DNA of 64,000 bases. It comes from Camelus ferus (Eukaryota). The translations under genes and the position numbers were made by a program. The notes under the pieces were generated by a model. The model had not been told where the DNA came from. It searched no databases and saw only the letters and a program-made list of their open reading frames with translations. Each line of letters begins with the position of its first letter. Positions within the stretch are counted from its first letter, which is position 1. The stretch covers positions 25,732,001 to 25,796,000 of the forward strand of contig NC_045696.1 in the NCBI RefSeq assembly GCF_009834535.1. Reading direction: 5' to 3'. Positions 13,171 to 27,195 of the stretch are shown here, piece after piece.

Positions 13171-13816
13171 TAATTTTACTTCAGAGCTTCTCATTCCCCT
13201 ACCCAATGCTCATTCCACTCGTACATCCTTTTCACACATTTAAAGATAACAAAATCAATAGCATTGTTTACTACTAATCTAACAAGTAGAAGTCGAGTCA
13301 ATTTTTACAGAATTTCCATCTGAGCTGTATAGAAAGATCTTGTAATTAGTTATATTTGTTTTTTAAATACCATCAATCACAGCCTTTGCTCACAATTTTG
13401 TCCTTAATAGTGCTTTGTTAACCATCATGTTTTAAAAGTACATAGTATTTTTTAATATCAGGTGCTGTTCAAAATCTGCTTCCAAATTAAGCTTTGAGAG
13501 GCACCGTATGACTCAAGCTAGAGTACTAGTTCATCTGTAATGCATTATGTTGTTGGTGTAGTAAATGTTTTGAGTATTAACAAGAAATTTAAAGCAGTAC
13601 TACCTCTTGACAGGACTACAGGGGCACTTGCCTCTGTGGTAGGTACAATATTCTTTAGCTCAGTTTCCTTAGCTACTTCTTGAGGACTCAGTCATAATCC
13701 CCACCGCATATTTGTATTCTTATTGAGCTCTTCATTTTGCAGGATTTTTACACAAAAACTTTTGTGATGGTTTAAAGATTTGGTAAAATATTTCTTCTCT
13801 GTGTGTTCCAGGACCT

Positions 13817-13967
13817 TGCTATTGCTTGAGAGCAGAATGGACATCATCTGGTGGTTTATTAGAAATGCAGAATCTGGGGCCTCATCCCAGAACTGCCAGA
13901 CTAAAATCTGCATTTTTACAAGATTCCCAGGTGATTTGTCTCTACATTAATGTTTTGGAAGCATTGT
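13817..13967. mobile_element. MER5A/MER5A1 hAT-Charlie element
   Basis: TTAGAAATGCAGAATCTGGGGCCTCATCCCAGA...AATCTGCATTTTTACAAGATTCCCAGGTGAT. Confidence 0.88.
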
Positions 13968-16364
13968 TCTGGAAACCACAAGCAGTAAAAATTCTTATAC
14001 ATGGTGAGAATAGAAGAGTTAGGTTACTCTGATTCTATATCACTGGGGGTTGAATTGAAGGGGGAAAAAATATAAGATCTGGTATCCTTTCAAGTTAAGA
14101 CAATAAGGTGAAAGTATTAAACTGCATCATCATTAAATATTGGGATTCTAAATTTCAATGGGTTTAGGTTATTTTAGTGATTTTAGTGGATGTTAATCTT
14201 CTTAAAAGCATTCTAGTTCCTTGTTGCTAAGGGACTTTGGCATCAGATTTTTTGTTTCTCCGGCACTTACGTATTTGAATAAACGACATGTTTATTTGGG
14301 GTTAAAATTCTTCATGCAACATTGTTTGCTGTTGAGTACATATGAGTTTATTTTGATGCAACTGTTATAAATGACAGTAAAATCTATTGGGAATATAGTA
14401 TGGTTTTCCAATCTTCCTGAACAGATTTCACATTACCAAGCAATTTCAATATGCATTCTTCTGGATCAGTGAGAGTTTCACACCAATAAATTAGAATATA
14501 TAGAGAGATCTGTGTATGTAGTAAACCACATATGTAAATTAATTTACTTTATCAGGAGAAATGGTTTACCACATCAAGGCTGTGGGTTTCAGATCATGGA
14601 GCAGTAGTAAAGGAAACTATGAATTTTTTAAAGAAAAATGCTTAATTTTCTGTTTTAACATTATATCCTTAAGCTTCTACCTTTTCCTCAGTGGTTTCCT
14701 CTAAGCCTCACTTCTATCTGGATCCTATCAAAACTTAGTTCCATAAGTGTATGGAAATAGATATTTGGGGATTCCACTTGCATATACGTTATAAAAAGTC
14801 ACCATCTATTTGTACAGGATTCTGTATTCCTGTGTCCGCATTCAGACTAGAGGTTTGCTTTTCCCACTATTGTCTCCTTCTTCTGCCTAAGACTAAAGGA
14901 GAATTAAAAACGTAAGTCTCTGTATACTAGAAAAATAAAGAGTTAGTTACTGCATTAGAAAAATCAACAGAGCACTGACTTCAGGCTAGTCAAAACAATG
15001 AATGGGGATAGCAAACTGAAAAAAGAGTGAAAGAAAAGACCTACTGCTAAACCAGGAAGTCTCACTGAAAGATCTTTTAAATAACACACAAATGGTATTT
15101 CTCCTGGACTTTATCCAGTCTCAGATTGCTGAAAATGTAGTCATCTTTTTTTTTTTCTTTTGAAACTTACATAATCAAAGATGTCATAGCCTGCCAGAGC
15201 CTAATAACCTTGGCTTAAAGCAAAAGTTAAATCTTCAATACTAAAGTTAACAAAATATAATTTCTGGATTAATTAGTAATTTTAAAATGCTTACTTCTCA
15301 TTTTTGTTCTAGAGATATTGATCTTTTCACATTTTAGTTAAAAAATTAAAAACTTCAAATGCAACTTGACATCTTCTATTAGAAGATATTATCTAAGTCC
15401 TTTAAGTTTTTTAAGCACTCCAAAAAGCCTACAAAATGTGAATAAAATATCTGTAATTTGAGAGAATATTATTGCCATTACAAATTATTTTCAAATACCA
15501 ACATTAATACAGTGATTTAAAATTTGCTATGTGTTTTTACACAAATTATCCCAATTATTTTTATTTAATTGAGCTTGAGACTGTTATCACCTCCATCTTT
15601 GAACTGAGATTCAGAGATACAGCATGACTCTGCCCAGGAGCTCAAAGTTAATAAGAGTGTGTCTTAGATTCAATTCCAGGTCTTCTGTCCCAAATCTTTT
15701 GTCCACAGCACCATACTGTGGTGCTTATTACCTCATTCAGGTAACTAAATCTCTTGCTCCCTCTAACTCCTGCAGTACATTGTGTACCCATATTTGACTT
15801 TTTATTCCTTTCTCTGTGGTGCTTCAGACTTTCTTTAATCATGGTTATGTGTAGATAGCATTTCCTCACTCATATTTCCTAATTTTTTTTTCAGTTAACA
15901 CATTAACATTTATTTGTTCCTCTTGAATTTCATCATAATTAATTTTGAAAACTTGTGGAATTTCCTAAAATTACTTTATATTCTCATTCTTTTCCTCTGA
16001 AATACTCAAGATGTCACTCTCCACAACTTATCTGCAAAATTAACGATCATGTTCATGATTCAGTCATCAAAGTAACTGATTAAAATGCTCAACAATAGGT
16101 CTGGGACCAACCGCTGTGGAACATTACTTATGTCACCTGAACTTGGCAGTGACCCATCAAATACAACTCATTGGCTATAATCCTATAGCTCTATGCTGTA
16201 ACTTAATGGTGGTTGAATCAAGACAATATATCTCAATTTATTGATGACTTTTGGCATGTGGTACAAGACCAGAAGCTTTATGAAATAAAACTGTATTGGA
16301 TCTATTGCTTTCCCTCAATTGCTCACATCTGTCATTCTATCAGAAGTGCAACTGATCATAAAGG

Positions 16365-16366
<2 letters not shown>

Positions 16367-16396
<30 letters not shown>
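16367..16396. repeat. (AC)15 microsatellite
   Basis: Read directly from the sequence. Confidence 0.97.
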
Positions 16397-16398
<2 letters not shown>

Positions 16399-18535
16399 CC
16401 CTTGGGAATTAAAGTAATTCTCCTTCCAAGCTGATAATTAACAGATTAGTTATTCTTTGCACATATACTAATCCCTGAAAGAAATATTCTACATAGATTT
16501 TAATAGCTTATTGCAATGAATATCATGTTCTGCCCAAATTTTACTATACAGACATCTGTAAAAGCTGAATTATGTTCATAAAGTGCATATGGTAAACATC
16601 TTCACATATTTAGAAATCTAAAAACCTAAAAGATGAATGAATTTCCTGTGTTTCTACTTTTGTATCTCTAAGTGATAGTTTGAAGGGCCAGTACTTCTAT
16701 TTACTATTAATACTGGTACCTTGTTATTCTCAATAGTCATCACTGTTGTCTGTGCTTGAAATGGTTTTGAAAAAACTTTCCTCTGTATTTGTACCTATTT
16801 ACTGGCTCTTCTGAGATCACATAGACTAAAATAGACTACCTGCTTACTCACTAAATTGTTCATGGATTCTAATTTTTTTAAGTCATTTTAATCCAAAAGT
16901 TCAAAATTAGTTTTCCACATTTTCCCTTGTCAATATCCCAGCTGACTGAGAGAGTCAGTCTGTATCATGCTCTCAGTGATCATGGCAGTCTGCCTTTTGA
17001 CCAATACCACTCTGTTTCTATAATTCAGCTCAGATGATGGCTGACCTTGTGATTCACATCTTTCCTGGAACTTAATTAAATAATTGAACAACAATCAACT
17101 TACTCACTCTCAGTGGCCCCTCAAGCTGGAAATGTCAATAATAATTCTCGTTTACAAAAGCAAATTCGTGGTTAATTTACAGCTATTGGTCTGCTGTGTT
17201 AAATATGCCAAACACACACCTGACTGTGCTTCCCTGCTCAATTTGCTACTGTACAAGGGTTTGTTTTTTCCTCATGTTTCAGTCTTCTGATCTGAAGAAG
17301 AGGTGACATAAAATACACTGTTCCTATTAAATTTTCAGTAGTAGAAAAATAACATTTAGATACACTGGCAGTGTCTTTCTAGAAGTAATTACATAAGGAA
17401 TAATGACATCAGGCCTCATTTGAAAAAGAGTGAAAATTTTTCAAATAAACTGAAATAATATTTACTGTAGTTTGAGGGACATGGGGCAGTGTTGATCCTA
17501 GGGTGTGACTGATCAGCTGTGAGAACAGTAGTCGATCAGGCCAGGCTTCAGTCAATTTACCTTGTCTCTACTTAGGGTCCTCAATTTGCTCATTGTGAAA
17601 TTACATGTTATCAACACCCAGGAATTATCAAGATCAGCAGAATGTATCAGAGACTAATGGATGAATCAGAGTGAGAGATGATAAATTTTACTGAGAGACA
17701 GTGGTAAAGAGACCACTTGCTTGTGGTCACATTTTCTCTGTAGAAAAGTAATACTGAAAAAAATTTTCTTATAAGAAATTCTACTTGACTGAGCATAGAG
17801 AAGGAAGCCAGGAATTTAGATAATTGATAAATCCTCTGCTAAGAGAGCCATGGACCCTCTGTGGCTTTTGTATGGCTGGGTATTCTGTCTGGCAACCTCA
17901 GCTCTCTCAACATTGTTCAAAGCTGGATACTATCACTTTTCAGGATATTGTTCTTACTATTTTCTTTTGATAGTAAGAAAAACTACTACTAACTTTTCAT
18001 TAAGAAAAACATCTCACCAGTCATTGTGCGTATGTTCCAAAGTGCCTGTCCAGCTTGTGAGAAAACTTTTACTGGTAATAATAATATGGTGGTGAAAGAA
18101 TGAAAAAAATTTCTTTCCTAGGAAGAATTATAATTTATTCTTAGATTATATATTTTTAACTATTTTTCCCATTTTACTATTAAATGTTCTTTTAGCTGTG
18201 AAATTAAGATGAGAAGAGATGGCAGTATATTTTTATGATTTCCATAACAAAATAAAAATCAGAAACCTTGTGATGGTCCCAGAATTAAAGAAAAAAAATT
18301 TAATTACAATAAAAATCTCAGTTAGAAAACTACTAGTGTATACCATTACTTTCTCACCTTGTAGAGCCAGTCGTTATATAAAGCAACATATCAACTCTCG
18401 ATTCATGACTTGTTCCAGAAACAATTTGGTCACCTAATTATTGATGTATCATACAGGTGAGACACTTCTACAAATAAATCTTGTGCTGAATTAAATTAGT
18501 TATGAGTTCCAGGGTGCCTCATAGGCTTTGCTATG

Positions 18536-18758
18536 CAGTGGCATACTGGTAAATGATGCTGCTAAATGTTTAACAACAGGTGGGGGGGGCAGGACAATTG
18601 ATTTGTAACATTTACAATTTCTGTAGTTAAAGTATTCTCACCATGATGGATTTCAGGCTACCAAAGTGGAGACTCTTTACTGAACTTGGAATTGAGAAGA
18701 GATGCCGTACATGATCAGCTGAGCAAGCTGAGCTGGTACAGGCTTCAGCAAACCACTG
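18536..18758 (-). mobile_element. MER63-like hAT-Blackjack element
   Basis: TIRs CAGTGGCATACTGG and CAGCAAACCACTG, with subterminal AAATGTTTAACAAC. Confidence 0.8.
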
Positions 18759-19898
18759 CCCCTGCCTCTATGTATCTCACTATTGTAGTTCTATTAGTAG
18801 CACGTCAACATTCTCTATTTGGTAACATGCGCTGATACTGGAGGGAAAAGAATGAAAATAATTCAACGTAAACAAATTAAAGTGAAATTATAGAAAGCTA
18901 TTTTAATTGTTTCACTAAACATCATTTTTACCCGAATTTCAACCCATTGTTTCCCAAATGATTCTATACCTAAGGAAGTTTAATTTTGACAAAGGTATTT
19001 ACCGTCTTATTACTTTCTGGTTAGTAAAATTATACCACAATGTAGACATCAAATATGCTATGCAGACGTTAACTTCCCAAGAGGGAAAAAACTTAGAAAC
19101 CTGTTCTAAAGTCAAGGAAATGGCTTGTCTTAGGCATCACATCTAATACACCTAGTGGGTGCTCAGTGTGTATGGTGGGTGGTTATAGCAAAAGTCTTGG
19201 AATCTCTTATCTGGAAAAAGCAATTTAGGGGAGAAGTAGTATATTTTCCTTTCCAGATCTATATGTTCTCCAAAACTCTGGGTTTCTTTTCTTTCATGGC
19301 CACATCCTCATTGCGTGCTTCAGAACATGCAGTGTTTTGCAGCTGACTTTCACCACAGAGATGCATAAGAAGAATCAAAGTTCTTAGGCTTCCATTCCCA
19401 TATTTCAAAACCAAAAGTGATTCCAATATAAAAGATTTCCCAAATTAGAAATAATACTAATGCTTTAAATTATAAATGATAACTTTAAATATCATAGTTT
19501 ATATATCATTTTCCCCCAAAAGTCCTACTTATGCTTTGTTGTAGGATGATTTTATGGTGATCAGTAGTACATGCAGGTTAGAATTATAGAGAGGAATAAT
19601 GAGCTAATATATGAAAATTATTTAGAAGCAGATAATTGACATTCAATTAGCATTTACTGTTAAGAGTAGTAGGAGCAGTATAGTAGCAAAATATTATGTT
19701 ATTCTTCGCTGTATTACATTGACAAGATTAAGTTATGACAGTAATTTGAATACCATTTATTTTGTGTTACGCACTGTGCTAGCTCCTGAGATACAAAGAG
19801 TTGTATCTCTATCTATCTTTAAAAATTCTTAGTTCCTTAAGATTTGAGACTAAAATAAAGCTATTGTGAACCTTATCCCTTTGAGCTACAAAACATCC

Positions 19899-20538
19899 TG
19901 TTGCTGGTGGATCCAACTGGTGTTCCAGGTTCTTGTCCTGTCCCAGAAAGAATTCAGAGACAAGACGTAGAGGTTAAGAAAAGTAAAGTGAGGATTTATC
20001 AAAGGATGGATAGTACACTTTCAAGGGGAGAGTGGGCAGGCTTAGGTAAGCGGCTGCCCTGAGTTTCTTTGGCAAATTAGTTACATAGAGTGTAAAAATG
20101 AGTGAGATAATATTCATTGAGGAGGGGTTGTATTTCCTGATTATCATCCCAACTCCACCTTCCCAAAGGAAGGAGGGATTTTTGTCCTTATTTGGTCTCG
20201 ATCAGAAGTATCATGGTGTTGGTGCATGATGGGTACTTCTGATCTGCAAGGCTAATTTTATTGAAATGAGGGCATAATGAGCAAAAGGTTACATTTGGAC
20301 ACAAGAATTTCCTGCCTTTTGTGACCTTTCTTTGTTGGTCTCCAGGCCAAAAGGTGTGGCCCCTTATCAGCCCAAAGATTTCCTGCTTTCCTTTCTCTGC
20401 CCAGAGACCCCTGGTGCTTGCTTACATGATGTGTGGTTTCCTGTGTTTAGTCTGTGCCCCTCCTTTCTGTACAATTCCTGCCGTTTGGTCTGTGTCCCCT
20501 TTTCTCTGCTGATATCTAGCTATCTGCCTGCTCTAACA
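19899..20538 (-). mobile_element. ERV1-type solo LTR, 640 bp
   Basis: TGTTG...TAACA termini and a perfect 4-bp TSD ATCC (19895-19898, 20539-20542). GC-richer than the flanks. Strand is inferred. Confidence 0.9.
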
Positions 20539-20629
20539 ATCCTTCCCATTATATATATATATATTCAATAAACCAAATATTAACTGAGAAACTCCTATAG
20601 CTTAGCCCTATACTGAAAACAAAGTAGGA

Positions 20630-20965
20630 CAGAAGCTAGAAAAGCCTCACCACATCCCCCCCACCTTGCCTCATCCCTGGGATCTGCTGCCTTCCACATG
20701 CCCGGGAACTGGTGGGAGCTGACAATCCACAATATTCCAGCTCTCTCACTTGACACCATCCCACCCTCCCAAACTGGGTGACACTGAAGTGTGTATGTTA
20801 AAATTGTGTCCCAGAATTTTCTTCATGAAACTAAACTGTGAGGCCAACAGTATCTGGCTCGATAATGCTACTTTAGCCTTCCCTTATGGTGTTCTCCACA
20901 CCTCCCAAATAAACTACGTCTAATCCTGGCTTCATGGTCTGTTTTCAGGCAACCCCAAAACAGAA
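20630..20965 (+). mobile_element. LTR16-like ERVL LTR
   Basis: 3' end CACCTCCCAAATAAACTAC...GGTCTGTTTTCAGGCAACCCCAAA matches the LTR16-family terminus. Confidence 0.75.
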
Positions 20966-21415
20966 TTCTAAAGTAGGCTTACAATTTTGTGGGGAGGTCA
21001 TGCACAGACAGATAATGGAAAAACAAAAATTTTATGACCCACAAAATTTTAGAATATTATGGCAAAAACACTACCTGGAGAAACTGACCCCTGAGCTCTA
21101 GTCCTTGCCTCTTCACAAAGTAGTTCTGAAGCAAGGACACATGTCTTCCGTGGACTGAGTTGTCTCTTGTTTGTCAAGTAAAGGTTTGGATGATTAAATG
21201 ATCTGGAGTTTCTCCCCAGCCTAATTTTATGATTCTAAGATTATAAATCCTTTGAACGTTTGCCTCCAAAAATGATCTGTAATACTTTCCAAAATGAAAG
21301 TTTAGGGCAAATAGACATTTCTTAGGAACCTGAGAACCCTTGTGTATGCATTCATTCATTCAACAAAATATATTAAATATCTGCTTTACATATATCGATA
21401 CATCATTGCAGATCT

Positions 21416-21620
21416 GCATTGTCTAATAGGCACATGTGACTAGCCACATGTGACTAAATTTAAATTAATTCGACTTAAATAAAAGTAAAGTTTCAATTGT
21501 TCTGTCCCTCTAGCCACATTTTAAGTGCTCAATAGCCATATGTGTCTTGTGACTGCTATATTGGACCACAAAATTACAGAATACTCCTGTCATTGCAGAA
21601 ATTATACTACATAGAGCTGC
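21416..21620. mobile_element. MER3 hAT-Charlie element within an antisense L2 tail (TTCATTCATTCAACAA near 21351)
   Basis: CTAGCCACATGTGACT and CTAGCCACATTTTAAGTGCTCAATAGCCATATGTG...ATATTGGAC. Confidence 0.88.
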
Positions 21621-22344
21621 TCTGAATGACAAAAAAAATTAAACCAGACAACTGGTCTTCAAGAAATAATACCTAAAAATTCAGTAAAATATCAATATGT
21701 GATTGGCTATAGTTGATATCAAGTGAGTATTTTCAACTGCATAGTTTAAAGTAATTTAGATGTAAATTTTCAGGGGAGACTTCATGGTAGATAGAAAAGC
21801 TGAAGGTTAATCAGTAAAGTAGACTGTTACAGGCATTATGTGCATTTGAATAGAAGCAGGTCAGAGAAGTTGTCTGGAGACACTGAGTGGAGTAGACTTA
21901 AATTAATAGAGAGAAAGAGAAAAACTACATAGAGTAAATTCATAGAATAGCCAGATAACACGTATATCCTTACAACCGTTTTATTTAAAGCTCTTCTAAA
22001 TATAGTTGTTATAAGAATAGATAGATGAGAATTGCAGGCACAGTTGAAAGTTTCTTTGTCTCATATAGTTTGATTTTCTTACTTGATGTAAATGCAAATT
22101 GGTTAGAAAAGTAAAGTAGAGCTTTGTTTAAAAAAAAAAAAACACTTTAACCTTTGTATTGTTTCTTAAGCTTCATTTACTTTGTCATTCGTATCTTTCT
22201 TAACTGCAGCTACCACGATGCTTAACAGTAACTAATTAGTGTCTTCTGGATGAGTCCATGGATAGTTGTCACCCTTCTCTTCTTGTGACCGTTCTTTTGA
22301 AAAAAATGTAGAGTGATTTAAAACATCTCCTTAATGTTCAATGT

Positions 22345-22570
22345 AGCTTAGTAGTGTTTAAATATGTAAGTTTTCTAGATTTGGATTCAAATTCCCCACC
22401 CAGGTCCACAACCTTCATTAAGATAGATGAACCTCTTCTCACCTCAAATTCCTCATCTGTAAATGAATCAGTAACATCGCCTACATCATGAGGTGGCTGC
22501 AGGGGGTAAACTAAGAACTAAATAGTCTATAAACACTTAGAACAGTGCTTAGCACGCAGCAAGTGTGTGT
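22345..22570 (+). mobile_element. MIR SINE
   Basis: GGATTCAAATTCC...CCTCAAATTCCTCATCTGTAAA...ACTTAGAACAGTGCTTAGCAC. Confidence 0.85.
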
Positions 22571-24384
22571 GCATATTGCTGTTTTTCCTGTTGGTTTCAG
22601 ATACTCATTAGGTATCTGGGACCCACCAGATACAAAACCAACGTTAAGATTTTCAGCTATACAATCAGAAGAGCCAGTAAAACCATTACTGATAATGAGA
22701 GAGCAAATCCCTTTGTCCTCACCATGGGACACTAAGTAGGAAGCTCTTCACTTTATGTTTCAGCTGCCTTATTTCCTTTAAAAAAAACTGGAAGAAAAGT
22801 ACTTTGGTAAAGGCTTTCATATCCAAAATAGATGTTATAGAATATTCTTTCCCATCATACCCTATGATAACAATTTCATTGCTTCCTTTTTCTGCATTTG
22901 TTTATTAAAGGGAAAGCATACTTTTTACCCAGATGTGAAGTAAAGTGCCAAATCTAAGACCCTGAGCCATGTAAACCTCAATCCTGACCCCTCAATGGCA
23001 GAGTATCTGCTGCTACCTTTGTCTAAGAAGGATCTCTGTGGGTTCTAGATGTGTGGTAATTACGCTGATTTGCCTAAAGAAGTGTTAACTGAGATCATGA
23101 TGTGATCTCAAGGGCAATGGATGCTTGAGGGTTGTTGAATATTTAATTTGTCAGAGGAGGTCAAAAGAAAGAGATGTTATGCTACTTTGCAAGTATTTTA
23201 AGAGAGAGAAAATGAGAAGCTCAAACAAACCCATAAAAATAACTGATGAAAACCTCCAAATACACAATCCGAATCTGAAAGAACAGTGATATGTTAAGAA
23301 TAATCTATCTATGGGCTGAATAAATATCTTTCATTATTGTTAATGATGACAAAATTTACATTAATAAATGTCTTTTCCATGCATTCTCCTATGTGCTTAG
23401 CACTTGGAGTTGTATTCACTGTTACTTTAAAATAGCATCATGATTATTGTAAACACTAAAAGATCTATATACATGTACATAAAAACATTGTCATAGTTAT
23501 TTAAATGGTAATTATTAAGGAAATTTGTGTATGCAAAGAGGTAGCATCTTAGTAACTAGTCTTTTAAGCAATACTATTTTTTTTATTTTGAATTGATATA
23601 TATTGAGATTTATTTCTTTAAATAACATCAGGCCTCATCACATCCTTGAAACTAGTATCAAGTAAATTTTTCACTTCACAATGTTATGATTTAGTTCTTG
23701 GAATATAATAAAACTTTCTTAGTATTTAGTTTCTATTTTCCCTTAGGCTAATATTTAAAAAAAATACTTCCATGATAATGGAAATGCTACCAAGATACAA
23801 AATGACTAAAAAAGAGTTGGTGAGATGTCCCTTTGGGACTCTAAATGTATTGCTCTTTAAGAGTTACTTAAGCTTAGATTATAATCACAAATTTCAATCT
23901 CACACATGTATTTATTTTTTGCCTTGTTCAAAGGGATTACCAGAGTCTTTCTCTGTACATGATTTGAGAATGAACAAACCTTAACTTCTATATTTATGTT
24001 TTATTAAAATAAGGAGCTGTTACCCCAACATTCATGAAGTATTAGGGATCCATGGATGATTTCCTTGGAGTAGATGTAATATATAAGTCCTCTGGATTTT
24101 TTGCACATCTGTGTGTGTATGCATGCGTGCAACTTTGGGAGGAGATGGCCTATAACATTAACAAATTTAAAAAGTATAGCATTGACTGTAAAATTTCATG
24201 ACATAAATAAAGTTTAGCTGATTGGATAAAAACTCAAATAATCAAAGTCCACTAGAAGAATATTCCCTAACTATATAGTACCCAACACTTTAACACTTAC
24301 GATACATTCCTTTATTCTGTGTATTCTTTAACTCACACTTTTCATAATACAGTATACTTCTGGAAATAAGTTATTTGCAATTAA

Positions 24385-24985
24385 ATTTTTATTTCTTAAA
24401 TATATATTTACATAGTACATTCACATGATTAATATATTTTAAGAAGGAAAAAGATTTAGAATGAAAAGAGTGTGTCTTCTCACCCCAGGAGAGAGAATCA
24501 TTGTTATGAGCCTTTGTGTATCTTTCTGGACAGATAAATAGATACGTGGATAAACAGAAAAACAGAGTCTCTCGTTTTTTCTCTCTCTCATATTAAAACT
24601 ATAGCATATTTTAGACAAAACTTTGGGCCTTCTTTTTCTAATTTAAAAATTCACTTTAAAGATTAGTCCTCAGACCACGTCATTCTTTTAATGTCAACAA
24701 GTAATCCATTGTGTGGATGAACCAGGATTTATTTAACTTGTCCTCTATTAATAGACATTTAGATTGCTGTCAGTCATTTGCTGTTATAACTCTGATGCAA
24801 TGAATACTTTGGAATGTGGTAAACGTTTATAGGTTCAGTGCCTAAAAGTAGAATTGCTGGTTTAAATGGTGCATGTATATTTAATTCTTATATGTTAGAT
24901 GAATTATCTACTGTAGCAAATGTTAGCAAATCATCCTCCATAGACACACTATTTTACACTTCCACCAACAATTAATGAGTGTGAT
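24385..24985 (-). mobile_element. Old LINE-1 3' end (L1ME-type)
   Basis: TCCATTGTGTGGATGAACCAGGATTTATTTAAC...ATAGACATTTAGATTG...TTTACACTTCCACCAACAA. Confidence 0.8.
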
Positions 24986-26743
24986 AATGCAAACTTTTGA
25001 GAGCTCAACATCATTTACTTTGGTTTGTCAACCAAGCCCAGTAGATTGGAGATACAGTCAAATGAATCTTCCTGTTTAACTTCTTGGCATAATTGAGAAA
25101 CAATAACTGGGGGCTTTTTGTTTCAGATCTCTGCAAGTCTCTTCAAATGCCTCATCTTGTAGAAAAGTCCAATGATTGCTTTGCCAAATAATTTAGTTGA
25201 AATCTTATGATTATTGGGTAAAATGCAACCCAAATTCTTCCTGGCCTCAGAGTTCCATCATTATTTTATTCAATTAACTAACAGAAATGGCCATTAATAT
25301 CAACTGTGCATTTGTTTAAGCTATAAACTAAAAGAAAAAATATCTCTATTCTTATTTAAAAGATTGTATAAGATAGTAGCCATTTTGGAGTCTCAAAGGT
25401 AAACCAAAAAATATCTGAATCAAACAGGAACCAAATTGTATATGAGTGAATAATAAAATATTCAAAGTGTAGTTTTTTATTGCTTCTTTGTGTCCTTCCC
25501 TTGCCTATAAATGAAAACACTAAACTGCTCCAGGAAATCGTATGTTTTTGTAGCATTTCAACCCTGGTAGTAATCAGGAAGCACTAAAAATGCTCATGGA
25601 AACTGTTTTCCACAAATTAACTGAAATTCACACGTGGTTAAATAAGTAACCTACCATGCCTAAGCAAACATTTTATATGGTTTCTCATTACTCAGCCTTC
25701 CAAACAAACCCATAGAAGTAGTTTGTTATCATCCATTTAAATTATACCCTCAGATTTAATCAAAATCTTTTCTTTAGGGCAAATGAGCCCAATGTGTGTG
25801 GATGTTGATGTACATAGTGCTGAAGGAATGGGGCAGACATTTAAAGTAGGACTTGGACTGTTAATGAGTATCTTTACACATGACTATTCCATGACAAGTT
25901 GATAGATGTTTGGTTTCACTGTCCTCCATAAACCACAAGAGAAGGTGCTGCTAGCAGATACTGAGTTCAAATCTCAGACCTTTGCAATCTGCATGTATAA
26001 AACAAATGTTTTCACAATATAAAAGAAATAGGTCTTGTCTGATAAGATTGCATAATTCCAAGATCTGCATCCATCTGTGTATATATTTTTTGCTTTTAAC
26101 TTATGGTAATGGCTTTATTTGGCAACTTAATGTTTTCCTTTTTCCTCCTAACAGCAGGTGAAAGAATTCATAAATCTGCCATGAACAGTTGCCAATGAAT
26201 ATTCATATCTGGGATGTCTGATTGCAGCAGTTTGACATTTTTATTCAATTTCCATCAAGAAAAAGAAACGCTTTGTTTCTTAATTCAAAACGCATTCTAA
26301 TCGGTTTCTGCACGTTATACCACTGGTTAGGTTATTGTAATTGTCAGTATCAAACAACTAATTTATAAAATAAGAATATTTAATTTGATCCAGAAAAAAA
26401 AAGTGGCTAAGAATTAACCTCAGAAACTCACTGAAAACAGTATATCTTTTTGTTGTATATGACAGTTTATTTAAAAAAAAAAGAATTATCCACAATAAGC
26501 ACCTTCATTTTCTGTCTTAATGTATAGTCTATGGTATATGCTGGTATCCCTTGCTGGAAAGCTGATCAGCATCATTATTATATGATCAAGAAGATATAAT
26601 TGGTTCAACTAGAGGTTGGTACAATTTTAGTGGGTATTTGTGATTATCTGCCAAAAGTCAAGACATTCATAGCAGCAAAATTAATTTTTTAATTGATTAA
26701 AACCTGTCTTTAGACTGTTCTGCCTTTAGCTTGAACCTTTACT

Positions 26744-26915
26744 GCAGTTCTTCCTAAGTTAAGATCTATAAGAATATTTTGGAAAGCTTACTAAAATACA
26801 GGTTTCAGGGCCATATCCCAGGATATTCTTAATCAGTATATCTGTGGTATGGCCCAATAATTTTAATTTCTAATGAGTAGCTAGATAGGGTTGATGCTAT
26901 TCTACCACACTGTAT
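26744..26915. mobile_element. MER5-family hAT-Charlie element
   Basis: GCTTACTAAAATACAGGTT...AATCAGTATATCTGTGGTATGGCCCAA...TTTCTAA. Confidence 0.7.
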
Positions 26916-27136
26916 TTAAATATTATATAGTATTGGCTATCTATTGGTCATCTATGAAATATACACAAATCTTGTGGAAAAAAGCATAGAGCAACAGAGC
27001 ATTAAGAACCTTGTACTGACAGACAGATTAGAAAAATTGTGTAGGGGAGGAGATTTCAAAACAACATACATGTTCAGTAATCCAACACAGCAAGCATTTT
27101 CTCTAATGCTGCTTCCGTACAGTGTGTCTGCATGTG

Positions 27137-27145
<9 letters not shown>

Positions 27146-27195
<50 letters not shown>
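27146..27195. repeat. (TA)25 microsatellite preceded by a short (TG)n
   Basis: Read directly from the sequence. Confidence 0.98.

Noticed and set aside
9341..23263. Exact 15-bp match AAAACCTCCAAATAC at 9341 and 23249
   Set aside because: The flanks do not extend the match, and such hits are plausible by chance in 64 kb of AT-rich DNA.
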